IMG/VR virus record: IMGVR_UViG_3300032226_000088
Location: 1 to 25,609 of that record
Source: a virus
Taxonomy: Duplodnaviria; Caudoviricetes
Strand: one strand, 5' to 3'
Length of the DNA stretch: 25,609 nucleotides
This document shows, one piece after another, positions 1 through 7,679 of the stretch (positions within the stretch are counted from its first letter, which is position 1; every line of letters starts with the position of its first letter). A program made the translations under genes and the position numbers. Below the pieces are notes generated by a model. The model was not told the DNA's origin. It saw only the letters and a list, made by a program, of their open reading frames with translations, and searched no databases.

Positions 1-1
1 A

Positions 2-520
2 GGATTAGGATCAGGATATTTTACAAGAGAGTTTACTAATCAAGATTTAAATAATTATTTAGCTCCTAATTACGCATTTAATTTAGAACAAGGGCAGGGC
101 GCAGTAAGAAATCTTGCTAATTCATCAGGTGGTCTTATTGGCGGAAATGCTATAAGAGGAATTCAAGATTACACTCAAAACTTTGCAGGAAATGCTTATC
201 AACAAGCTTTTGGTAATTTTCAAGGTCAACGCTCTAACATCTACAATACTTTAGCTGGTATTGCAGGTTTTGGTCAAACAGCAAATCAAACAACAGCTGC
301 ACTATCAGGAAATACTGCTAATGCTGTAAGTTCACTTGGTGTAGGCGCTGCCAATGCAGGAGCGGCAGGAACAATTGGAACAGCAAACGCATTTAGTGGT
401 GGATTAAATACATTAGGCAATATGGCTTACATGAATAAATTATTAGGTCAAGGTGGAACTATTCAAGGCTATTCAGGCGGCTCTTCATCGGGTGGTGGTG
501 TTGGAATGTTTTTAGGATAA
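2..520 (+). CDS. 5'-truncated DNA ejection/pilot protein (P22 gp7-like)
   Basis: Open frame from position 2 to TAA 518-520 (GLGSGYFTREF...APNYAFNLEQGQGAV...GVGMFLG). Gly/Ala/Asn/Gln-rich, directly upstream of two larger ejection-type genes. Not in the ORF track because it has no start. Confidence 0.7.
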   Translation, partial: GLGSGYFTREFTNQDLNNYLAPNYAFNLEQGQGAVRNLANSSGGLIGGNAIRGIQDYTQNFAGNAYQQAFGNFQGQRSNIYNTLAGIAGFGQTANQTTAALSGNTANAVSSLGVGAANAGAAGTIGTANAFSGGLNTLGNMAYMNKLLGQGGTIQGYSGGSSSGGGVGMFLG

Positions 521-529
521 GGATAAATT

Positions 530-1912
530 ATGGCAGATTTTAGCGTATCAGATGTAGCGTCAAGAGTTAAAGGCCCTGAAGGCATGTCATTAGCTGACAT
601 GATGAATATGTCTATTGGCGCTCAAACTTATAAACAAAGAGAAAAAATTAATCCTTTGTTAGAAAGACAACAAAACGCTCTTACAACTGAAGCTGAAGAA
701 ACTTTACAACCTAAAATTACTAGAACTAAAGCAGAAGCACAAAGATCAGTTTACGAAGCAGATAAAGCTGGTGTAGATTTAAAACAACATTTTGCTAATA
801 TTGGAAGAGGTCTTTTTGGTGGATTTTTAACAGACCCTGATTTTATTAATGGAAATGCGGATAAAATGATTTCTAAAATTCAAGGTGCGCAAAATTACGC
901 AGAAACTGTGCTTGGAGTTCCAAAAGAAATATTAAGCAATAGTGATCGTATAGTTGACATGATAAAAAAGAACCCTTCAGATGGTTATCAATATATTAAA
1001 AATGGAGTTTTGCAATCAGGTCAAAATCAAGCTCAAACAAATCTTGTTACGCCTTCAGTTCAAAATATTAATAATGTTCCTTATAGTTACATACCAGCAG
1101 GTAATGTAGCAACACCATTAGGCGTTAATCCAGACCAACCACAAACGCAACCTAATCCGCCTATGGTTCAGCCACAACAAACTGTAACTTCTGAAGATAT
1201 GAATAGGCCTATTTATAGTCAAAAAGTGCCATTGCCTTATCCAACAAGAACTGCTGGTCAACCTTATGCTCCAGCTCCTACTGAAAAAGCAGATCAAGAA
1301 GCTGGATTTAATTTTAGAAATAATCTTGTTAATGGCCAATCTAAATTAGCAACATCAAAACGTAACCTTGAAGAAGTTATGGATTCTGCAACTAAAATTC
1401 AAAAAGAATTTTTCTTTAACCCTGCAAATATATTAGGCAGAGGCGAAAGATTATTAAGATACGGTTTAAACGCAGAAGATTTACAAAAATTAAGAAAAGA
1501 TTTAGCTAATGTTGTATTGGCTAATGAACAAGCAATGGGTGGCTCAACTGATGCAGGCAGAGAATTATCAAAAACTGCAAGTGGCGATGAAACATATTCA
1601 CCAAAAGTTTTACTTGGTATTGCTAATCGTGCTTTTTCAGACGTTACAAATATTCAAATGAAAGCTACGGCGGCTCAAAAGTTTGCTCAAAAATATGGCG
1701 ATAACAATATGAAAGCTTTTCAACAAATGTGGTCAAACAATGAAGATTCAAAAATATTTGAACTTTATAACATATTTAACAATGACAAATTAAATGATAA
1801 AGAAAAAGCAAAAGCTAAAGAAACTTTATTTCCTAAAGGTGATAAACAACGTAAAGCATTTATAGAAAAATATAATAACATTAAAAAATTAACGGAAACA
1901 GGCGAACTTTAA
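530..1912 (+). CDS. Putative DNA ejection (internal virion) protein, P22 gp20-like position
   Basis: 460 aa, helical and Gln-rich, AAGGA RBS, lies between the gp7-like and gp16-like genes. Call is from synteny. Confidence 0.55.
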   Translation: MADFSVSDVASRVKGPEGMSLADMMNMSIGAQTYKQREKINPLLERQQNALTTEAEETLQPKITRTKAEAQRSVYEADKAGVDLKQHFANIGRGLFGGFLTDPDFINGNADKMISKIQGAQNYAETVLGVPKEILSNSDRIVDMIKKNPSDGYQYIKNGVLQSGQNQAQTNLVTPSVQNINNVPYSYIPAGNVATPLGVNPDQPQTQPNPPMVQPQQTVTSEDMNRPIYSQKVPLPYPTRTAGQPYAPAPTEKADQEAGFNFRNNLVNGQSKLATSKRNLEEVMDSATKIQKEFFFNPANILGRGERLLRYGLNAEDLQKLRKDLANVVLANEQAMGGSTDAGRELSKTASGDETYSPKVLLGIANRAFSDVTNIQMKATAAQKFAQKYGDNNMKAFQQMWSNNEDSKIFELYNIFNNDKLNDKEKAKAKETLFPKGDKQRKAFIEKYNNIKKLTETGEL

Positions 1913-4464
1913 TGGCTGATGATTTTACCCAATTTTTGTTAGGTGATACTAAACAATCTTCTACGCCTACTAATGTTGGCAATATAAGACCTGTTGGAAG
2001 TTCTACAGGTTTTCAACAATTTGACACGCCTGAAGCTGGCATTAAAGCTGTTGACGATCAGTTAAGAATTTATGGTTCAAAACATAAATTAAAAACACTT
2101 CGTGAAGTTATTTCTAGATATGCGCCTCCTTCTGAAAATGACACAGAAGCTTACATTAAAAACGTATCTCAAAGAACAGGACTTAAACCTGACGAAGAAA
2201 TTGACCTTTCTAATCCTACTATTCGTCACATTATTAGTGGCCCTATTATTTTACAAGAGCAAGGCCTTCAAAGATTAAAAGGCACGCCTCAAACTACAAC
2301 GCAACAGCCACAAGAACAACAACAGCCTACAGATGATTTTGTTAGCTTTTTAACACAAAAGCCTGAAGCTACTGTTGAAACTAAAGAACAAATACAAAAA
2401 CAACCTACTGCAAAACCTACAGGTTTTGATTTTTCTAAACCAAAATCACTTGATCCTAATGCAAGAGCTGCGAAAGTTGCAGATATATTTAATCCATTAG
2501 GCATACTTCCTGCTGTATCAGAAACATTAGGCTATGGTGTTGGTAGAATTGCTGGTAAATCACCTGAAGAAGCAACTAGATTTGCAGAAAAAGCTACTAA
2601 AGAATTAGGCTTTGATGTATTTCAAAACATGGTTGGTAAAGCTACAGATCAATTAAATAAACCTGATTATCAACATTCAGACCTCGGTGACTTTGTTGCT
2701 AAAAACTTTGATAAAGGTGCTGATTGGATTTCAAAACAAACAGGCGTGCCAAAAGAAGATATTCAAAATATTATTCAAGGAACTGTTTTAGCTTATGGTG
2801 GCAAAGGCCTTGTATCAAAAACTAGTTCTGTTAAAACTGCTGGTGTTGGTGGCGTAGGTGAAACTATACCTCCAGGTGGATCAGGCCCAACAGGAAAAGG
2901 TATTACAACAGTAAGCCCTATTGTAGAAGCTGCACCCATTGGCCCTAAATATGATGTGCCTACCTACATGAGAAATAAATTTCAAGAAAAGCAAGGTCAG
3001 CCTACAGGTCAGCCTCAAGGTAAACCTATAGGTGAAGTTACAGTTTCATTTAATGGCCAGCCTTTAGGAACAGCTAAAGCTTATGATCCATCAAAACAAT
3101 TTTCAGAAGTTAATTATGCTGAAACTGCGTTGCCTGTTGAAGAGCATTTATCAAGAGCTGAAGTATTAAATAGAATTGATCCTAATTTAAAAGTTGATCC
3201 TAATATTATTGAAGGTCGTGGAAAAGAAAGAGCAACAGATTATCAGTTATCAAAAACAGATACACCTGAAGGCAATGTATTATCTGAAAAAGAAAAAGAA
3301 TACAAAGCATCTCTTAATAAATACGGTGAAAATCTTATTACCGAAACAGGTGGCACAATAGGACTTGATGAAACTGCAAAATATAGACGTGGCGAAAGCA
3401 CTTTAACTTATTTTCAAAAATTAGAAGATCACTTTGATAAAAAATTAACTGAAATATATTCTGAACGAGATAGAATTGCCAAAGATATTCCTGTTAATGG
3501 TGAAAATATTAATAAATCATTAAATGACGAATCATTAACAACTTTAAATTCTGATAGTGAAGGTTTAGCTAAAGCTGCAAAAGCAAAACTTAAATCACTT
3601 CACATGATGGATGATAAAGGCAATATGCTTCCGTCAAACGGTATGCAAGCTGAAAAGTTTAGACAATGGCTAAATGAAAATAATGTTTGGGATAGAAAAA
3701 ATGCACAACTTCACAGATCATTAAAAGATGCAGTTGACGCAGATGTTATATCAACGCTTGATCCTAATACTTCAATATACAAAGATGCTAGAGATTTATT
3801 TGGGCTTAAAAAAGATACTTTAGAAAACCCTAAAGGCATAGCTAATATATTAGATGCAGAAGGCCCTAAAAAAATTAATCGTAAAATTGATATTGAAGGT
3901 ATTCCTGATTCAATTACTAAAATGGGAGTCGATCAATTTACGCATATTTTAGACACAATTAAAAATGCACCTCCTGAATTACAACAAGCTGCAAATAATT
4001 CTTTATCGCAAATTAAAGCGCATTTTCTCAATCAAGCACATGAAGCATTTCAATCAAGTGCAAACAAAGGAACTGCTTATTTAAAAACAAATAGAGAAGT
4101 AATGACTAGATTGTTTAGCCCTGAAGAAATGTCAAAAATAAATGATTACAATTTAGGCGCTCATATTCTTAAAGCTGACACAGGTTATCCAGGCGCTAGA
4201 GTTCAAGAAATTAATATTGACAAACGTTTGCCTAGAAGAATTGGTGAACAAATATTGAAAAAAGGTGCTGCAATAGGTGCTGAAGCAATAACAAGCGGAT
4301 CAACTTTTGGTATTGCAGGCACTACAGCACATGAAATAATAGGTGGTAAAATAGCAAAAGGCGAAGCAAAATCATTAGAAAAGATTCACAGAGAAAACGC
4401 AAATAAAAAACGAGCAGGTTTTACTAACTTACAAGACATTATGAACGCAGGTAAAAAGGAATAA
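1912..4464 (+). CDS. Large ejection protein (gp16-like position) with N-terminal lysozyme-like/peptidoglycan hydrolase-type domain
   Basis: 850 aa. Residues ~20-120 carry the N..GNIR...F.TPE.G..A....L..Y...TL..VI.RYAP..ENDT.AY...V motif seen in virion-associated lysozyme-like domains. TAATG-coupled to the upstream gene. Confidence 0.6.
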   Translation: MADDFTQFLLGDTKQSSTPTNVGNIRPVGSSTGFQQFDTPEAGIKAVDDQLRIYGSKHKLKTLREVISRYAPPSENDTEAYIKNVSQRTGLKPDEEIDLSNPTIRHIISGPIILQEQGLQRLKGTPQTTTQQPQEQQQPTDDFVSFLTQKPEATVETKEQIQKQPTAKPTGFDFSKPKSLDPNARAAKVADIFNPLGILPAVSETLGYGVGRIAGKSPEEATRFAEKATKELGFDVFQNMVGKATDQLNKPDYQHSDLGDFVAKNFDKGADWISKQTGVPKEDIQNIIQGTVLAYGGKGLVSKTSSVKTAGVGGVGETIPPGGSGPTGKGITTVSPIVEAAPIGPKYDVPTYMRNKFQEKQGQPTGQPQGKPIGEVTVSFNGQPLGTAKAYDPSKQFSEVNYAETALPVEEHLSRAEVLNRIDPNLKVDPNIIEGRGKERATDYQLSKTDTPEGNVLSEKEKEYKASLNKYGENLITETGGTIGLDETAKYRRGESTLTYFQKLEDHFDKKLTEIYSERDRIAKDIPVNGENINKSLNDESLTTLNSDSEGLAKAAKAKLKSLHMMDDKGNMLPSNGMQAEKFRQWLNENNVWDRKNAQLHRSLKDAVDADVISTLDPNTSIYKDARDLFGLKKDTLENPKGIANILDAEGPKKINRKIDIEGIPDSITKMGVDQFTHILDTIKNAPPELQQAANNSLSQIKAHFLNQAHEAFQSSANKGTAYLKTNREVMTRLFSPEEMSKINDYNLGAHILKADTGYPGARVQEINIDKRLPRRIGEQILKKGAAIGAEAITSGSTFGIAGTTAHEIIGGKIAKGEAKSLEKIHRENANKKRAGFTNLQDIMNAGKKE

Positions 4465-4467
4465 TAT

Positions 4468-5214
4468 ATGGCAGTCAATCTATCACCCATAGGCAACGGA
4501 GTAAGTTTTTTAGGCTTAACAGGCCTACCATTATCAGGTGGCAGGTTATATAGCTACCAAGCTGGCTCATCTACACCGTTAGCTACTTATACAACTGTTA
4601 GTGGATTAATAGCTAATGCTAATCCAATTATATTAGGAACTGACGGTAGAACGCCTAATGAAGTTTGGCTTACCTACGGCTATAACTATAAATTTATTTT
4701 ACAAGATGCAGTTGGCGGAACAATTGCTACTTATGATGACATTTACGGCATTTTAGGAACTATTCCTGCTGCTTCATCTACATTACCTACAGGCATGATT
4801 CTTTTATGGTCAGGATCAATTGGTTCTATTCCTGCTGGTTATTTATTATGTGACGGAACAAACTCAACACCTGACCTTCGCAATCGTTTTATTATTGGTG
4901 CTGGTTCTACTTATTCAGTTAATCAAACAGGTGGTAGCGCAGATGCAATTGTGGTATCTCATACCCATACAGCAACTTCTACATCAACAGTTACTGATCC
5001 TGGTCACTTCCATACAGTTCCTTATGCACAAGCAGATGCTATTGGTGGTGGTGGCGCTCAACCAGCTTATCGTGGATCATCAACAAGCAATGTATCTACT
5101 GCAACAACAGGCATTACAGTTGCAACAGCAACAACAAACACTACAGCAGGCACAAGCGGAACAGGTGCTAACCTTCCTCCGTATTATGCTCTTTGCTACA
5201 TTATGAAGAGTTAA
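4468..5214 (+). CDS. Tail fibre protein with tail-collar domain
   Basis: N-terminal virion-attachment segment (PLSGGRLYSYQAGSSTPLATY...ANPIIL..DGR), collar motif GMILLWSG...IPAGYLLCDG...TPDLRNRFIIGAG, HTH/HFH repeats and C-terminal NLPPYYALCYIMK. Confidence 0.8.
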   Translation: MAVNLSPIGNGVSFLGLTGLPLSGGRLYSYQAGSSTPLATYTTVSGLIANANPIILGTDGRTPNEVWLTYGYNYKFILQDAVGGTIATYDDIYGILGTIPAASSTLPTGMILLWSGSIGSIPAGYLLCDGTNSTPDLRNRFIIGAGSTYSVNQTGGSADAIVVSHTHTATSTSTVTDPGHFHTVPYAQADAIGGGGAQPAYRGSSTSNVSTATTGITVATATTNTTAGTSGTGANLPPYYALCYIMKS

Positions 5215-5216
5215 TT

Positions 5217-5384
5217 ATGGTTAAACATTCACTTACAGAAGTTGATAGCCGTTTAAGCGTTCACGAAGAAGTATGCGCTTTAAGATATGAAGAAATTGGC
5301 GCAAGACTAAAGCGTTTAGAAAGTATTTTGATGGCAAGTGCTGGCGCTATTATTATTTTATTATTAAGTATAGTTTTAAAATAA
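5217..5384 (+). CDS. Small coiled-coil protein with C-terminal transmembrane helix (lysis-cassette, XhlA/holin-like)
   Basis: The ATG at 5217 avoids overlap with the tail fibre gene. MVKHSL...HEEVCALRY..I..RLKRLE is followed by a hydrophobic tail. Confidence 0.55.
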   Translation: MVKHSLTEVDSRLSVHEEVCALRYEEIGARLKRLESILMASAGAIIILLLSIVLK

Positions 5385-5656
5385 TGGATTTATCTAAATT
5401 AACCAGCATGATGTTTCCTGTAATAGTTTCTGCTATTGCATGGATGCTTTCATCATTATCAGGTATGCAAGCTGATCTTATTGATATTAAGTCTAAAATG
5501 CCTGCGCTTATAACTGCTCAAGGCGTGCCAACTGATAGCCCTATATCAGCAGAAGCAAGAGCTAAACTTAAAGAAGAGATTAGAACCCAAATGGGTGAAC
5601 TTAATGTGCGTATTCGTATTCTTGAAGAACACGATATGCAAAGGAAAGGAAAATAA
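5384..5656 (+). CDS. Membrane-anchored hypothetical protein (N-terminal TM plus coiled coil)
   Basis: 90 aa, TAATG-coupled on both sides, hydrophobic FPVIVSAIAWML segment. Confidence 0.55.
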   Translation: MDLSKLTSMMFPVIVSAIAWMLSSLSGMQADLIDIKSKMPALITAQGVPTDSPISAEARAKLKEEIRTQMGELNVRIRILEEHDMQRKGK

Positions 5657-6141
5657 TGTTTAGTATATTATCAGGCATATTAGGATTTGCTACCTCAGGT
5701 TTGCCAAGCTTACTTGATTACTTTAAATCTAAAGGCGATCAATCACATGAGCGTCAAATGATTGCGCTAATGAATCAACAACAATTAGCAATGGCTGAAA
5801 AAGGATTTGCTTCACAAGAAAAAGTTGAAGCTTTACATCTTGAAGGATTACAAGCTCAAGCGTTTACCGATGAAAAAGTAGCTTTATATCAAAATGATAC
5901 TGAAATGGCTAAAGGCGCATCTAAATGGATTGTTAATTTAAGATCATCTGTTAGGCCTGTGGTTACTTATTTATTTGTAGCTTTATTATTGTTTGTAGAT
6001 ATTGCTGGTCTAATATGGGCTATTAAATCAGGCGTTGATTTTGCTACTGCTCTTAATGCGGTATTTTCAGAAACGGAAGAAGCAATTTTAACGTCAATTA
6101 TTGGTTTTTGGTTTGGCAGTCAAGCATTTAGTAAAAGATAA
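5656..6141 (+). CDS. Holin (3TM, GTA-holin-like)
   Basis: Hydrophobic N-terminus, then RPVVTY...TM...TM...GFWFGSQ C-terminus typical of this holin family. Directly upstream of the endolysin. Confidence 0.7.
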   Translation: MFSILSGILGFATSGLPSLLDYFKSKGDQSHERQMIALMNQQQLAMAEKGFASQEKVEALHLEGLQAQAFTDEKVALYQNDTEMAKGASKWIVNLRSSVRPVVTYLFVALLLFVDIAGLIWAIKSGVDFATALNAVFSETEEAILTSIIGFWFGSQAFSKR

Positions 6142-6590
6142 TGCGTATATCAGATAATGGTATTAAACTCATCAAGCATTTTGAAGGTGTTCGTTATAGG
6201 CCTTACAAGTGCGCTGCTGGGCTGTGGACTTGTGGAATCGGACACCTCATTGGTGATGGTAAACAACTCCCTGATAGTTACAACAAAACTTTCACAGACG
6301 CAGAAGTAGATGCGTTATTAATTAAAGACCTTGCACGATTTGAAAGAGGAATAATTAAATTATTTCCTGCGTCTTTTAAATTTACTCAAGGAATGTATGA
6401 CAGTTTAATTTCCTTCTCTTTCAATTTAGGCTTAGGGGCGCTACAACGCTCTACTGTTCGTTCTGCTTTATTGCGTGGTGATAAAAAAATGGCAGGTGAA
6501 TCTTTATTGAAATACTGTCGTGCTGGTGGTAAAGTATTAAAAGGGCTTCAAATAAGACGGCAAGCAGAATATAAATTATTAATGACTTAG
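6141..6590 (+). CDS. Endolysin, GH24 phage lysozyme
   Basis: LIKHFEG..RPYKCAAGLWTCGIGH gives an E-X8-C-X5-T catalytic triad. Also FSFNLG and GLQIRRQAE C-terminal motifs. Confidence 0.92.
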   Translation: MRISDNGIKLIKHFEGVRYRPYKCAAGLWTCGIGHLIGDGKQLPDSYNKTFTDAEVDALLIKDLARFERGIIKLFPASFKFTQGMYDSLISFSFNLGLGALQRSTVRSALLRGDKKMAGESLLKYCRAGGKVLKGLQIRRQAEYKLLMT

Positions 6591-6598
6591 GAAAAACA

Positions 6599-6748
6599 AT
6601 GGCAACTAAAATGAAACTTGAAGAATTAAAACCTTCTATTAGACATGAGAAAAAAGAATACGTTGTTGAGCGTCAAATTAAAGAGCTAAAGCAAGAATTA
6701 AAAGCTCATATTAAAGCGCCAATGTCTAAAGCACATCCTAAAAAATAG
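6599..6748 (+). CDS. Small basic hypothetical protein, 49 aa (MATKMKLEELKPSIRHEKK...KAHPKK)
   Basis: Read by hand. AGGA RBS, ATG 6599, TAG 6746-6748. Below the ORF-track cutoff. Confidence 0.65.
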   Translation: MATKMKLEELKPSIRHEKKEYVVERQIKELKQELKAHIKAPMSKAHPKK

Positions 6749-6858
6749 TGGATGACTTTGCTTTTGTTTGCGTATCGTTTGTCACTACTATGTGCCTTCT
6801 TTGTATTCTTAGCATACCTTTACGTTTCATTCTAGAATACGTTATTTGCTATTGGTAA
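6748..6858 (+). CDS. Possible 36-aa hydrophobic Cys-rich membrane peptide (MDDFAFVCVSFVTTMCLLCILSIPLRFILEYVICYW)
   Basis: GTG start overlaps the previous stop (TAGTG). The stop falls just before the terminator. No clear RBS. Confidence 0.4.
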   Translation: MDDFAFVCVSFVTTMCLLCILSIPLRFILEYVICYW

Positions 6859-6860
6859 AT

Positions 6861-6886
6861 AAAAAAAGGGGCATTTTAAGCCCCTT
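6861..6886 (-). terminator. Rho-independent terminator of the leftward (pqqA) transcript, possibly bidirectional
   Basis: Minus strand reads AAGGGGC-TTAAAAT-GCCCCTT followed by a T run. It lies at the convergence of the late (+) and early (-) transcripts. Confidence 0.85.
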
Positions 6887-6898
6887 AATTTAATAGCA

Positions 6899-7012
6899 AT
6901 CTGTAACAATAACCATTACTTATTCATTACATACATTGTAACTTCAAAGCCAAAACGCATTTCTGTAGCTGCTGGAGTAGTCCACATAATATTTATCCTT
7001 TATCTGTAACAA
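6899..7012. repeat. 11-bp direct repeat ATCTGTAACAA flanking pqqA (6899-6909 and 7002-7012)
   Basis: Two exact copies read directly from the sequence. Confidence 0.85.
6916..6987 (-). CDS. pqqA: Pyrroloquinoline quinone precursor peptide PqqA, 23 aa (MWTTPAATEMRFGFEVTMYVMNK)
   Basis: Translated by hand from the minus strand. It has the PqqA pattern MW.xP...x.R.GFEVTxY with the E-x-x-x-Y core (E15, Y19), an AAGGA RBS 8 nt upstream and a terminator downstream. Confidence 0.95.
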   Translation of the reverse strand: MWTTPAATEMRFGFEVTMYVMNK

Positions 7013-7029
7013 GCAAAATTACTTGTTAC
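7006..7029. promoter_or_regulatory. Inverted repeat GTAACAAG-N8-CTTGTTAC in the pqqA leader
   Basis: Perfect 8-bp arms just upstream of the pqqA RBS. Could be an RNA hairpin or a protein-binding site. Confidence 0.55.
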
Positions 7030-7073
7030 GCAAATTATGGTCTTTTTGCAAGACAAAGCCATCAAGAAAATCA

Positions 7074-7331
7074 TTATTTATCTTTAAGTCGTTCAGATAC
7101 TAAAGTGGCATAGCCAGCAATATCATCCCAATGATCTTTGTAATTAGGATTGCCATAAAGAATTCTGCTTAACTTAACTAGGATCATGTGGATTGCTTCT
7201 TTCTGATCCGCTTCTAAATCATTCCAAGCATTTTTGCTAATAATATCTTGAACTTTCTCAATAAAGCGTGATTTAGCCATAAAATCACCATGAGTTTCTT
7301 CACGTTCTACTAATATAGGGCTGTTTCGCAT
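7074..7331 (-). CDS. DUF6378-like phage protein
   Basis: Likely start MRNSP at 7331 (GAGG RBS). Motifs ER..THGDF, KLSRIL.G and DHWDDIAGYA. Confidence 0.65.
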   Translation of the reverse strand: MRNSPILVEREETHGDFMAKSRFIEKVQDIISKNAWNDLEADQKEAIHMILVKLSRILYGNPNYKDHWDDIAGYATLVSERLKDK

Positions 7332-7332
7332 T

Positions 7333-7677
7333 TTAAAGCCTCTTAGGGTCAAAACCGTAAATTGTGGATATTTGGTCAGCCAACTTATAAAAAGCTTTGC
7401 CATGGGCATCCCAATGCTTGTAACCTTTGTTATAAAGCGCAAGGTGACACATTTCATGCAATAAAGTTTCTGAAATCGTAGAAAAATGCAAACAACGGCC
7501 TTTTGAGATTTCTATAGTTAAATGAGGGTCGCAATTAAAATAACCATAGGCGGTTGAATCATTAATTATTTTCCATTTTATTTTTCTTGCGGTGGGTAAT
7601 TCATAGCGATCAAAGGGTGGCATAAGTCTAAACGCTGAATAAAGAGCTGCAATGTATTTAGCGCTTAATAATGTCAT
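7333..7677 (-). CDS. SprT-like HEXXH zinc metalloprotease domain protein
   Basis: TLLHEMCH followed by HGKAF, the SprT-like third-ligand motif. Likely start MTLLS at 7677. Confidence 0.7.
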   Translation of the reverse strand: MTLLSAKYIAALYSAFRLMPPFDRYELPTARKIKWKIINDSTAYGYFNCDPHLTIEISKGRCLHFSTISETLLHEMCHLALYNKGYKHWDAHGKAFYKLADQISTIYGFDPKRL

Positions 7678-7679
7678 TT

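Noticed and set aside
2994-3027. 12-bp period repeat AGGTCAGCCT (GQPT-GQPQ-GKP)
   Set aside because: Short low-complexity linker repeat within coding sequence.
4820-5206. 128-aa Leu/Gln-rich alternate-frame ORF inside the tail fibre gene
   Set aside because: Its composition is the frame-shifted shadow of Thr/Ala codons (ACA/GCA/ACT). There is no RBS, and the start is not ATG.
7031-7073. Dedicated sigma70 promoter for pqqA
   Set aside because: A minus-strand CATAAT is present, but candidate -35 hexamers are at 11 or 20 bp spacing, so it cannot be supported.
7333-7677. Idea that the HEXXH protease processes PqqA, forming a phage RiPP cluster
   Set aside because: Known PQQ proteases are M16 (PqqF) or other families. 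No radical SAM or PqqD/RRE gene is present, and SprT-like genes are common in phages. Proximity alone is insufficient.
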